DNA of 64,000 nt from Eubacteriales bacterium (GCA_045539625.1 JAZQFS010000025.1:18626-82625), one strand, 5' to 3'. Numbered from the stretch's first letter, positions 38,833 through 47,633 are shown. Numbers and translations are program-made. Notes: generated by a model not told the origin, from the sequence alone.

Positions 38833-39324
38833 TTGAAGAAAACACGTTTAATTGCTGTTTTTTCAAGCGTTTTACTTGGCACGGCGCTCTGCTTTGCTGC
38901 AGGAAGTGCCATTGCCTCTACCGACACAGACCCGTTAATTACATTGAGCTATCTTGAAAAGGTGGCATTTCCAAAATTTAAAGAGGATGTTCTTGCCTCA
39001 GTTCCAAAGCCCGAAACGCCTGCACCTGCAGTTACCGAAAATGCAAGTGCTTCATACAAGGTTATCGAGGTGCTTAAGGATCAGACAGTGCTTGCAGGCT
39101 CTGTATGCGAAATTATTGTTCGTCCCGGAAGCAATGCCGTATGTGTATCTCCCTTTGAGGATCAGGGTATTGCGGACATAACCTTAGGCAACGAAATACT
39201 GAACGGTGTGGAAATTCCCGTCAACTCCTACTGTGTAATTCCAAGAGGCGGCGACGGAAGAGGCATCAAGGTTTTAAGCGAAAAAGCATATATAATGATT
39301 AGAGGTGACTATACAATTGGCTAA
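38833..39324 (+). CDS. Secreted protein of unknown function
   Basis: TTG start; signal peptide MKKTRLIAVFSSVLLGTALCFAAGSAIA; 163 aa. Confidence 0.55.
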   Translation: MKKTRLIAVFSSVLLGTALCFAAGSAIASTDTDPLITLSYLEKVAFPKFKEDVLASVPKPETPAPAVTENASASYKVIEVLKDQTVLAGSVCEIIVRPGSNAVCVSPFEDQGIADITLGNEILNGVEIPVNSYCVIPRGGDGRGIKVLSEKAYIMIRGDYTIG

Positions 39325-39346
39325 CAAGAAGAAGGACTCAAAGAAA

Positions 39347-39424
39347 ATGGCTGTAAGAGTAATTGCAATAGTTCTTGCCGCTTTGTTTGTACTTGGCGGT
39401 ATAGCTGCAATTCTCCCCTACTAA
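39347..39424 (+). CDS. Possible 25-aa single-pass membrane peptide (MAVRVIAIVLAALFVLGGIAAILPY)
   Basis: A short ORF between the secreted protein gene and the SpoIID-like gene. It could extend upstream to the TTG at 39317. There is no strong RBS. Confidence 0.3.
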   Translation: MAVRVIAIVLAALFVLGGIAAILPY

Positions 39425-39491
39425 GCTGCATACTATTTACGGCGCATGGTCTTAAATCAAGGTTATGCGCCGAAAAATTCAAGGAGATTAT

Positions 39492-40835
39492 ATGAAAAAA
39501 ACAAAGCTTTTCCTGCTTTTGCTTATGATGCTTATGTTTTCTTTATGCTGCAGTGCCAAGGAAGACTATGTGCGTGTCGGTCTGAGCTTTGGAAAGAGTG
39601 CCGCAAAAAGTGCTTCATTTTCCTTTAGTTCAGGATTTCAGGCAGGCTACATCAATGAGCAAGGTTCTTTTACGCCTGCTATGTTTTTCGCATCAAACGC
39701 AGTGCGTGCAGAAAGCACAAGTGCAGGAACATTTAAAATATTTGACAGTGAAAGCGGCGGTGCTCTTTTTGAGTGGCAAAAGGGCAAGGAAGCGGTTATC
39801 TGCCCAAGCGGCTCCGACAGAGTCTCGGCTTACACCGTTTACAGCGGCATAAAATACCCGTATTACATAATTCTTTCATCAAATTCGGACGGCAGCTTCA
39901 ATGTTATAAACTATGTTGAAACAGAGCAGTACATAAAGGGCGTACTTCCGGGTGAGGTTTACCCCAGCTGGCATGAGGAGGCGCTTAAAGCTGCCGCTGT
40001 TGCAACAAGAACATTCACCTATCAGAGCCGAGGCGGAAAGCACAAGGCAAACGGAGTGGACCTTTGCAAATCTACCTGCTGTCAGGTTTACAGCGGTATA
40101 TCAAAGTGTACTGCCACCACAAACAAAGCAACCGACGACACCAAAGGTCAGGTGCTTCTTTACAACGGCAAGCTCATTACCGCCGTGTACCACGCAATAA
40201 GCGGCGGCATCACCGAAAGCGCCGCAGGTGCCTGGGGCTCAAGTGCCGCACTTTATCCCTATCTTACGGTAGTTGAAACGCCCTTTGAGGATTATTCAAG
40301 TCTGTCAAACGGCAAGTGGAGCAAGTTTATTACCGACAAGGAGCTTTCTGCTCTTGTTGCTTCATCTTCATACAAAAACAAAATTTCAACAAGCATAAAA
40401 TCCATAACAGTAAACGATTCCACCCCGGGATATCTTAACAACGTAACACTCACCGACACATCGGGAGCAAGCGTTGAGCTTAAAACATCCAGTCAGGTAC
40501 GCTCATTCTTTTCAAAATATGCCATCAGTGCAAATTTCACCTTAGAGCGTAAATATCTTCCCACAGACAGCGGTCAGACAACCGCCGTTATAAGTGCCGA
40601 CGGTGCCTACACAACAAGCCCCGACAAAGCTGTTTACTATCTGACAGCCGACGGCAAAAAATCAGCAGCAGGAGCTTCAGGCGGATATCTGCTTGACGGC
40701 AAGGGCTACGGACACGGCGTGGGACTGAGCCAGTACGGAAGTCAGTTTGCGGCAAAAGCGGGCTACACCTACACCGAGATTTTAGGCATCTACTACCCCG
40801 GAACGGTTATTGCAGACTACTCGGCATTAAACTAA
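39492..40835 (+). CDS. spoIID: SpoIID/LytB-domain protein (sporulation/peptidoglycan remodelling)
   Basis: Signal peptide, then EQYIKGVLPGEV...W..EALKAAAVA.RT, CQVY.G, AVYHAISGG.TE and G.GYGHGVGLSQYG motifs. The ATG at 39492 follows AAGGAG. Confidence 0.8.
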   Translation: MKKTKLFLLLLMMLMFSLCCSAKEDYVRVGLSFGKSAAKSASFSFSSGFQAGYINEQGSFTPAMFFASNAVRAESTSAGTFKIFDSESGGALFEWQKGKEAVICPSGSDRVSAYTVYSGIKYPYYIILSSNSDGSFNVINYVETEQYIKGVLPGEVYPSWHEEALKAAAVATRTFTYQSRGGKHKANGVDLCKSTCCQVYSGISKCTATTNKATDDTKGQVLLYNGKLITAVYHAISGGITESAAGAWGSSAALYPYLTVVETPFEDYSSLSNGKWSKFITDKELSALVASSSYKNKISTSIKSITVNDSTPGYLNNVTLTDTSGASVELKTSSQVRSFFSKYAISANFTLERKYLPTDSGQTTAVISADGAYTTSPDKAVYYLTADGKKSAAGASGGYLLDGKGYGHGVGLSQYGSQFAAKAGYTYTEILGIYYPGTVIADYSALN

Positions 40836-40858
40836 AATAACAAAGGAATGAATTTAAT

Positions 40859-41512
40859 TTGAGAATAAACATTGTATCGGGCGAAGCTATGGCAAGCTAT
40901 GACAAGGAGCTTGGCTTCAAGGCGTGTATTCCTTTTTCCGAATCCATGATAAGCGGAGTTGTAACGGAAAAAGAGCCTTTCAGTCAGGGATTTATGGCAG
41001 AAAGAAGCCGTGTGCTATCTGTTCCCCTTGACAAGTACAGAAAGAGATTTGCTCAGCAGCTTCTTAAAATGCGTTCCACAGACGAGGTGCACGTATACTT
41101 CGGCGAGGACTTATTCTGTCAGCTCAATCTCATTACACTTCTTGCCTATCTTGAAAGAATCGGCATCTCAAAGGTAACCTACCACGTTATTTTTGAAGAC
41201 GAGATGAAGGAAACGGCGTTAATTGAAAATGTGGAAACACAGGGCTTTGGAGAAATATACAAAAAAGTTCTAATAGACCGTGAAACAACAGGAACCTGCC
41301 TTGAGATTACCAACAAAGCAATTATGCTTTACAGCGATTACCTTGACAACAACGGTGCTCTTGCAGCCTTCATCAAGTCAAATCCCGAGGACACAGTGCT
41401 TCAGCTTACCTTCAAGATTATAAAGCAGTATGCTCAGTACGGTCTTAGCGATGTGCAGTGTGCCGAGGTTATTACAAGAGTAAGAGACTCGGTCGGTCAG
41501 CAAGCTGAATAA
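40859..41512 (+). CDS. Hypothetical protein (possibly DUF1835-like)
   Basis: 217 aa. The N-terminus, MRINIVSGEAMA..., resembles the DUF1835 start. Low certainty. Confidence 0.3.
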   Translation: MRINIVSGEAMASYDKELGFKACIPFSESMISGVVTEKEPFSQGFMAERSRVLSVPLDKYRKRFAQQLLKMRSTDEVHVYFGEDLFCQLNLITLLAYLERIGISKVTYHVIFEDEMKETALIENVETQGFGEIYKKVLIDRETTGTCLEITNKAIMLYSDYLDNNGALAAFIKSNPEDTVLQLTFKIIKQYAQYGLSDVQCAEVITRVRDSVGQQAE

Positions 41513-41537
41513 ACTGTAAAAAACGCCATAACACAAA

Positions 41538-41564
41538 AATCCCCAAGTCAACGACTTGGGGATT
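41538..41564. terminator. Bidirectional terminator between convergent genes
   Basis: AATCCCCAAGTC-AAC-GACTTGGGGATT, a perfect 12 bp stem. Confidence 0.8.
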
Positions 41565-41577
41565 CTCATTTCACGTA

Positions 41578-43122
41578 TTACTTTGCGTAATCAACCTTGC
41601 GGTTTTCTCTGATAATCATAACCTTAATCTGTCCGGGATATTCAAGTTCATTTTCAATCTTCTTGGCAATATCACGTGCAAGGAAGGTCATTTCATCGTC
41701 TCTTACCTCATCGGGCTTAACCATAACTCTGATTTCTCTGCCCGCCTGAATTGCAAAGCACTTTTCTACGCCGTTAAACTCGGTTGCAATTTCTTCAAGT
41801 CTCTGAAGTCTCTTGATGTAAGACTCGAGGTTTTCACGTCTTGCACCGGGACGTGCCGCAGATACTGCGTCAGCCGCCTGAACAAGCATTGCAATAACGG
41901 TGTTTGCTTCAACATCGCCGTGGTGTGCTTCGATGGCGTGTACGATTTCCTTATTTTCATGGTACTTCTTGGCAAGCTCAACACCAATCTGGATATGTGA
42001 GCCGTCAACGTCGTGGTCAACCGCCTTACCGATATCGTGAAGAAGACCTGCACGCTTCGCCAGCATGGTATCAACGCCAAGCTCGCTTGCCATCATACCT
42101 GCAATGTGAGATACTTCAATGGAGTGGATAAGTACGTTCTGACCGTAGCTTGTACGGAATCTGAGACGTCCGAGAATCTTGATAAGCTCGGGATTAAGTC
42201 CGTGAACTCCTGTTTCAAAGGTAGCCTGTTCGCCTGACTGCTTGATAACAAGGTCAACCTCTTTACGGCTCTTTTCCACCATCTCTTCAATTCTTGCAGG
42301 ATGGATTCTGCCGTCGGATACAAGCTTTTCAAGTGACATTCTTGCCACTTCTCTTCTAACGGGATCAAAGCTTGAAACGGTAATTGCTTCAGGTGTATCG
42401 TCAATAATAAGGTCAACACCTGTAAGGGTTTCGATTGTTCTGATGTTTCTTCCTTCTCTACCGATGATTCTTCCCTTCATTTCATCGTTGGGAAGTGCAA
42501 CGGTGGAAACGGTTGCTTCGCTTACATAGTCGGAAGCACAGCGCTGAATTGCAAGAGAAATTATGTTTCTTGCCTTATTGTCTGCTTCTTCCTTGTATTC
42601 CTGCTCAATTTCCGCAATCTTCATTGCAGCCTCGTGTCTGACTTCAGACTCGATCTTATTAAGCAGGTATTCCTTTGCCTGCTCGCTGGTAAAGCCGGAT
42701 ATCTGCTCAAGCTTTTCAATTTCCTTTGCAATAATATCTTCAAGCTCTGCCTCACGGGCATCGATTTTCTTTCCTCTTTCAAGAAGAGCCTCTTCCTTCT
42801 TTTCGTAAAGCTCAATTTTCTTGTCTAAGGATTCTTCCTTCTGCTGTGCGTGCTTTTCAAGACGTGAAACTTCGTTTCTTCTCTCCTTAAGCTCGCTTTC
42901 CATTTCGTTTTTGCTCTTGAGAATTTCTTCTTTGGCTTCGATTAAAGCCTCTTTCTTTTTGGTTTCGGCTGTTTTCTTGGCTTCTTCAACTATGCGTTTT
43001 GCTTCCTGCTCGGCACTGTTGATTTTGGCTTCGGCGATATGCTTTCTCATTACGATACCCACAATTACGCCTATAACCAGTCCAAGAAGTGCGCCTATAA
43101 CCGCTGTGATTATAGGATTCAA
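41578..43122 (-). CDS. rny: Ribonuclease Y
   Basis: N-terminal TM helix, coiled coil, KH domain ([12 protein letters not shown]) and HD domain (LLHDIGKA). The TTG at 43122 lies 7 nt after GAAGGAGGTG, so the track extension is rejected. Confidence 0.95.
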   Translation of the reverse strand: MNPIITAVIGALLGLVIGVIVGIVMRKHIAEAKINSAEQEAKRIVEEAKKTAETKKKEALIEAKEEILKSKNEMESELKERRNEVSRLEKHAQQKEESLDKKIELYEKKEEALLERGKKIDAREAELEDIIAKEIEKLEQISGFTSEQAKEYLLNKIESEVRHEAAMKIAEIEQEYKEEADNKARNIISLAIQRCASDYVSEATVSTVALPNDEMKGRIIGREGRNIRTIETLTGVDLIIDDTPEAITVSSFDPVRREVARMSLEKLVSDGRIHPARIEEMVEKSRKEVDLVIKQSGEQATFETGVHGLNPELIKILGRLRFRTSYGQNVLIHSIEVSHIAGMMASELGVDTMLAKRAGLLHDIGKAVDHDVDGSHIQIGVELAKKYHENKEIVHAIEAHHGDVEANTVIAMLVQAADAVSAARPGARRENLESYIKRLQRLEEIATEFNGVEKCFAIQAGREIRVMVKPDEVRDDEMTFLARDIAKKIENELEYPGQIKVMIIRENRKVDYAK

Positions 43123-43372
43123 AATAAAAGCACCTCCTTCGTCGTACATAATAACAAAACAGGTGCAATACAATATCAAACATATAACACTCCATCATAA
43201 AACGTGCATGGAGCTTTTTAAAAAATACAACAACCTCGGGGGCTTATATCCCGAACAATTGCCAGCAAATCTATTTAAGCCTTAAACGGCAGATGTATAT
43301 TAAAAAATATATGTCAACACTGTAAAGCACACAAAAATAATAAATGTTATTTTGTAACCCTACAATGTTGAC

Positions 43373-43401
43373 ATTATACATCATTTTCATCAAATTGTCA
43401 A
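43373..43401 (-). promoter_or_regulatory. Sigma-A promoter upstream of rny (implies a ~250 nt leader)
   Basis: Minus strand has TTGACA (43401-43396), a 17 nt spacer, then TATAAT (43378-43373). Confidence 0.6.
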
Positions 43402-43465
43402 TAGCACTTTGTCAATTTTAACACAAAATATGATATTTTAAATAGGTATAATATACAATATATCC

Positions 43466-44413
43466 TTATTCAAGTATATAAACCTGCATTTGGCGTCTGC
43501 CGAACTGAATACATTCATCATATGACATATATGCAAGGTCTACAATATTTCCCTTTATCGCCCCGCCCGTATCCTCGGCAATGCCGTAGCCATATTCCAC
43601 AGAGCCTGTAATAAACATTTTCGTATGAAGAGGTATTACCTTTGGATCTACTGCAACAATTCCCTTACGGAGTGTCTGTCCCGTTGCCGTTGTCATTGTG
43701 GTATATGGAGGAAGATAAGTATAAGCTGTTGCTTCCATCTGCTTTCTGTAGGAATAGTGATAAACGGTGCCGTCCTTTGCAGTTACCGTTCCGCCAACAC
43801 CCACATTCACAAGCTCATCAACAGGCTTTACAAGAATGTTTTCTGTATAAACAGCTTCCTCTGCTTTTTTTCCGTTAACATACTTTACAAGATATGTTCT
43901 TGTAGCAGAGCCGTTTTTGCCTTGGCTGACAATTTCTCGTGTGCCCTTTGGAATAGTGTCAATTCCGTTTTCTACAGTACCGAAGGGAACAACCTCCGTT
44001 CTGATTTCCGTCTTATATTCCACTCTGTCAACGCTGATATGAGCCTTTTCGTCAAGCAGTGTATCCGAATCAAGGTTTACAATATCGCAATGCTCAAGGT
44101 CAATACCTGCATTATCAAGAAAGCTTCCGCAGTCGCTTTCGTCCGTAAGATACAGCTTTTCCGTGCCCATATGATAAAGCTCAACGCACACAGGTTTTTC
44201 AGCACATTCTGTCTCTGATGCTTCGCTCATTCTTACAAGCATCATATTTTCACCTTCCGAGCCGCACACAAGTGACTCGTCAAAATCATTTCTCTGCAAT
44301 ATATCTGTTTCTACTGCCTGTACGTAAAACGGCATTAACACCGACATCATAAGCGTAATACAGCATATTACAGCGATTATTACGGCAGGTGTTTTCATTT
44401 TGTTAATAATCAA
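43466..44413 (-). CDS. G5 + 3D domain cell-wall protein (YabE/Rpf-like)
   Basis: TM/signal anchor MKTPAVIIAVICCITLMM. G5-like block (PKGTREIVSQGKNGSATRTYLVKYVNGK). C-terminal 3D domain (EATAYT...G...R.GIVAVDP.VIPL......I.G.G...AEDTGGAIKGN.VD). Start is either the TTG at 44413, which follows GGAGAA, or the ATG at 44398. Confidence 0.75.
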   Translation of the reverse strand: MIINKMKTPAVIIAVICCITLMMSVLMPFYVQAVETDILQRNDFDESLVCGSEGENMMLVRMSEASETECAEKPVCVELYHMGTEKLYLTDESDCGSFLDNAGIDLEHCDIVNLDSDTLLDEKAHISVDRVEYKTEIRTEVVPFGTVENGIDTIPKGTREIVSQGKNGSATRTYLVKYVNGKKAEEAVYTENILVKPVDELVNVGVGGTVTAKDGTVYHYSYRKQMEATAYTYLPPYTTMTTATGQTLRKGIVAVDPKVIPLHTKMFITGSVEYGYGIAEDTGGAIKGNIVDLAYMSYDECIQFGRRQMQVYILE

Positions 44414-44645
44414 AGCCGTTCTCCTTTCAAAGCATTTTTTGAAAAATCGGTCTTTTTCCGACCGGCTGAGTATCTTAACACAAAGGAATTGTGCTGTCAA
44501 GCCTTTTAACAAAATGTTCACGACTTTTTACTATTATATTATCTGTTTCGGCGATTTATGAACGTTATTTCGTCGATTTTTCGCAAAAAAGAGACCTGAA
44601 GCGAAAACCGTTCTCTTCAAGTCCCAAAATCCATCTGATTTACAA

Positions 44646-45815
44646 CTATTTAATAATTCCGGATTTTCCTATAATGTCAACAATTTTTTCAAGCTCCTCT
44701 GCTTCTTTTACAAGGGCAAAGCGCACAAATCCTTCGCCGTTTTCTCCGAAAGCAGCACCGGGAGTACATATAACCCCTGTCTTTTCCATAAGCAAATTAC
44801 AGAAATCAACGCTGTTTGTGTAACCGTCGGGAAGCGGCGCCCATACAAACATTGTACCCTTGGAATCAGGCACATTCCAGCCGATTTTTCTGAAAGAGCC
44901 GCAAAGAGCATCACGTCTTCTCTGATACTCAAGTCTCTGATTTTCAACAACGCTTCTGTCAAGCTTCATTGCGGCAATTGCGCCGTACTGAACAGGCTTG
45001 AACACGCCGAAATCGTACTGTGAACGAAGCAGTTTGAAGGCATCGATAACCTCCTTATTACCTACGGCAAAGGAAATTCTCGCACCTGTAATATTAAAGG
45101 ACTTGGACAGCGAATAAAATTCAATACCCACATCCTTTGCTCCTTCAAGAGAAAGGAAGGAAAAGCTTTCGTTACCGTCAAAAATAATATCGGAATATGC
45201 GTTATCGTTGATAATTATAAAGCCGTACTTCTTTGCAAGCTCTATAACTTCCATATACATTTCCTTTGTTGCAACCGCACCTACGGGATTTGACGGATAA
45301 GAGAGAATGATAAACTTTGTTCTTTTAAGAATATCCTCGTCAAGCTCCTTAAGCTTTGGCAGATAATTATTTTTTGCAAGAAGAGGATAAAACTGCATAT
45401 CCGCTTCGCCGAAATATGCTCCAACTTCAAAAATGGGATAACCGGGATCGGGAAGCAGCACCACATCGTCTTTATCGCAAAGAGCAAGCCCGATATGTCC
45501 TATTCCCTCCTGAGAGCCGTGAACTGCCGTTATTTCATCGGGTGCAATATCAACGCCAAAGCGTTTCTGATAGTATTCAACAAAGGTTTCCACAAGCTCG
45601 GGAAGCTCGGTCAGGGCATATTTGTAGTTTTCGGGAAGAGTACAAGCCTGTGACACAGCCTTCATAACATCTTCGTGAGGCTTGAAATCGGGAGTGCCGA
45701 TGGAAAGGTTATAAATTGTTCTGCCTTCATCAAGAAGCTGCTGTTTTTTCTCATCAAGGCTTGCAAATATTCCTGTCTGAAAATGGTTTAATCTTTTTGC
45801 TTTTGCTGTTTTCAT
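44646..45815 (-). CDS. Class I/II PLP-dependent aminotransferase
   Basis: 389 aa with SIGTPDF, NP.G and YSLSKSFN.TG.R (the PLP lysine). Confidence 0.8.
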   Translation of the reverse strand: MKTAKAKRLNHFQTGIFASLDEKKQQLLDEGRTIYNLSIGTPDFKPHEDVMKAVSQACTLPENYKYALTELPELVETFVEYYQKRFGVDIAPDEITAVHGSQEGIGHIGLALCDKDDVVLLPDPGYPIFEVGAYFGEADMQFYPLLAKNNYLPKLKELDEDILKRTKFIILSYPSNPVGAVATKEMYMEVIELAKKYGFIIINDNAYSDIIFDGNESFSFLSLEGAKDVGIEFYSLSKSFNITGARISFAVGNKEVIDAFKLLRSQYDFGVFKPVQYGAIAAMKLDRSVVENQRLEYQRRRDALCGSFRKIGWNVPDSKGTMFVWAPLPDGYTNSVDFCNLLMEKTGVICTPGAAFGENGEGFVRFALVKEAEELEKIVDIIGKSGIIK

Positions 45816-46023
45816 TTTTAATTCCTCTTATGTATAATTATCATTATTCTACATATATATAATGCTGTTACTTTTTATATACCCGTATATTATACGCCCT
45901 GCAAGCTCTGTTGTCAAGTAAAATTACCCAAGCAATATAACAAAATGTTTTCAAAAATTACATACACCGTTACAGCACTTCTGCTAAATTATATAGTATA
46001 AAGAAAAAATGGAGGTTATCACT

Positions 46024-46638
46024 ATGTCAATTGATATGTCCGCACTCAACAAGGTTTCCTACGGTCTGTTTGTTCTCACCTCAAAGCTTGGTGACAGGCA
46101 CGGCGGCTGTATAATAAACACGGCAATGCAGTTAACTGCAGATCCAATAACCTTTTCTGTTGCTGTCAACAAGCAAAACTTCACTCACGATATGCTAATG
46201 AAAAGCGGAAAGCTGAATATTTCGGTTATATCTCAGTCTGCGCCCTTTGATTTATTCAAGCACTTCGGCTTCCAAAGCTCAAGAGATGTTGACAAATTTG
46301 CAGACTTCAAAGATGCCAAATTAAGCGAAAACGGACTTTATTATCTCACAAAGCACTGCAGTGCCGTAATATGTGCAAAGGTAGTGCATACCATTGACTG
46401 TCAGACTCACACGCTGTTTATCGTAAGTCTTACAGATGCCTTTACGGTATCCGAGGAAGAGCCTGCCACATATGCTTATTATCACAAGCACATAAAGCAA
46501 GCGGCAAAGCCCTCCGAAGAAAAGAAAAAGGGATATGTCTGCAAAATCTGCGGATACGTTTACGAAGGCGATCCCTTGCCCGAGGACTTTATCTGTCCGT
46601 GGTGCAAGCATCCCGCATCGGATTTTGAAAAGCTGTAA
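46024..46638 (+). CDS. Flavin reductase-like domain fused to rubredoxin (high-molecular-weight rubredoxin type)
   Basis: The N-terminal domain has a flavin-reductase pattern (YGLFVLTS......GCIINT). The C-terminus, YVCKICGYVYEG...PEDF.CPWCKH, is a rubredoxin with CxxC...CPxC. The ATG at 46024 follows GGAGG. Confidence 0.75.
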   Translation: MSIDMSALNKVSYGLFVLTSKLGDRHGGCIINTAMQLTADPITFSVAVNKQNFTHDMLMKSGKLNISVISQSAPFDLFKHFGFQSSRDVDKFADFKDAKLSENGLYYLTKHCSAVICAKVVHTIDCQTHTLFIVSLTDAFTVSEEEPATYAYYHKHIKQAAKPSEEKKKGYVCKICGYVYEGDPLPEDFICPWCKHPASDFEKL

Positions 46639-46707
46639 TCTGCTTTACGCACCCATTTACACCGATGTACAAAATGCCCTGTCAGATTTTTTTGACATTT
46701 AACTGAT

Positions 46708-46746
46708 AAAAAACGGAGTGTTCATATTGAGTGCTCCGTTTTTTGG
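46708..46746. terminator. Rho-independent terminator (A-run/T-run on both sides)
   Basis: AAAAAACGGAG...CTCCGTTTTTTGG. Confidence 0.75.
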
Positions 46747-46768
46747 TTAAATACAGTTTTCGGATTAG

Positions 46769-47120
46769 TATGGCAAAAATGATATACTGCTTTGCCGTAT
46801 GACATAATATCCGTTCCTCCATATGCCGAAGGCATATATCATCGCACTTAAGTGCGATATCATACCGTAGGTATATCACCTGTTCCGAAAGGAACGGATA
46901 TCATCTCAAAAATTTTGCTTTTTTGCGTATAATCTTTAACCTTTGAAGAATCACGGCAACGCCGTGTATATCATCAAGACGAAGTCTTGCATATCATCAA
47001 CTCCGTAGGAGTTGTATATCATCATTGCGAAAGATAATACAGCTTGACAGCTGATGAGATACACGCTTACGCGTGATGATATGCGCCTGCGGCGATGATA
47101 TACCATTGCTTTCGCAATGG
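46769..47120. repeat. Array of at least 11 sequence-divergent short hairpins, each with the conserved flank ATATCATC (or GATGATAT on the other strand), in two inverted arms
   Basis: ATATCAT(C) occurs at 46836, 46857, 46873 (ATATCAC), 46898, 46968, 46991 and 47016. The inverted GATGAGAT/GATGATAT occurs at 47053, 47075 and 47093. Each motif abuts a different 4-7 bp hairpin. No credible ORF is present. See findings. Confidence 0.7.
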
Positions 47121-47121
47121 A

Positions 47122-47150
47122 TAAAAAAACGACAGGATGAAACCTGTCGT
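47122..47150 (-). terminator. Rho-independent terminator of tRNA-Glu
   Basis: Minus strand reads CGACAGG-TTTCAT-CCTGTCG followed by T7. Confidence 0.85.
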
Positions 47151-47154
47151 TTTT

Positions 47155-47229
47155 TGGTGACCCGTACGGGAATCGAACCCATGTTTTCGCCGTGAGAGGG
47201 CGATGTCTTAACCGCTTGACCAACGGGCC
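47155..47229 (-). tRNA. tRNA-Glu (anticodon CUC), CCA encoded
   Basis: The reverse complement is GGCCCGTTGGTCAAGCGGTTAAGACATCGCCCTCTCACGGCGAAAACATGGGTTCGATTCCCGTACGGGTCACCA. The cloverleaf folds, with anticodon loop CT-CTC-AC. Confidence 0.9.
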
Positions 47230-47246
47230 TTAATTGGTACTTGCAT

Positions 47247-47275
47247 ATTGTAGCACAACAAAAAGATTTTGTCAA
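47247..47275 (-). promoter_or_regulatory. Sigma-A promoter of tRNA-Glu
   Basis: Minus strand has TTGACA (47275-47270), a 17 nt spacer, then TACAAT (47252-47247). Confidence 0.75.
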
Positions 47276-47329
47276 GATGTTTTCACAAAAAACAAAGCCA
47301 AAAAATTATTATTTTTTTCAAAAAAGGTA

Positions 47330-47358
47330 TTGACAAACTAGAATTAATGTGATAAAAT
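47330..47358 (+). promoter_or_regulatory. Sigma-A promoter of tRNA-Gln (extended -10)
   Basis: TTGACA at 47330-47335, 17 nt spacer ending TGa, TAAAAT at 47353-47358. Confidence 0.7.
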
Positions 47359-47400
47359 AATTGACGTTGTGAGCGAGGAAGCTTGCAGACAGCCCAATAT

Positions 47401-47475
47401 AGCGGAATTGTGTAACGGTTAGCACGACAGACTCTGACTCTGTTTGTCTGGGTTCAAATCCTAGTTCCGCTGCCA
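47401..47475 (+). tRNA. tRNA-Gln (anticodon CUG), CCA encoded
   Basis: AGCGGAATTGTGTAACGGTTAGCACGACAGACTCTGACTCTGTTTGTCTGGGTTCAAATCCTAGTTCCGCTGCCA. Anticodon stem is ACAGA/TCTGT with loop CT-CTG-AC. Confidence 0.9.
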
Positions 47476-47478
47476 AAA

Positions 47479-47506
47479 ATCCAACTCTTATGAGTTGGAT
47501 TTTTTA
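47479..47506. terminator. Rho-independent terminator after tRNA-Gln (usable on both strands)
   Basis: ATCCAACTC-TTAT-GAGTTGGAT flanked by AAAA on one side and TTTTT on the other. Confidence 0.85.
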
Positions 47507-47601
47507 TTTGTGTCCGCAAGGTCACAACATCGTTTGCCCGCAGTGCAACACCGATTGAAGCAAAGCGAGATCATTAATGTATCATTCGGACACAACAGCA
47601 A

Positions 47602-47633
47602 CGGAGCACCCGTTTGGGGTGCTCCGATTTTTG
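47602..47633. terminator. Strong GC-rich terminator-like hairpin with no associated gene
   Basis: CGGAGCACCC-GTTTG-GGGTGCTCCG, followed by ATTTTTG on the plus strand and TTGCTGTTGTGT on the minus strand. Confidence 0.6.

Noticed and set aside
43625-44218. 197-aa plus-strand ORF
   Set aside because: It is antisense to the G5/3D-domain gene.
46769-47120. Reading the hairpin array as a CRISPR array
   Set aside because: The conserved element is only about 8 nt. The variable elements are themselves palindromes of 11-18 nt. Unit orientation inverts midway. No cas genes or leader are present.
46769-47120. Reading GATGATAT/GATAAT motifs as a cluster of Fur/PerR/Zur boxes
   Set aside because: No 7-1-7 TGATAATnATTATCA-type inverted repeat is formed. 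The motif spacing is set by intervening hairpins rather than by box geometry.
46682-47275. Minus-strand ORFs 46682-46879, 46951-47223 and 46997-47275
   Set aside because: They run through the hairpin/ATATCATC array, a terminator and the tRNA-Glu gene itself. The recurring MIY/DDI codons are just the repeated GATGATAT motif being translated.
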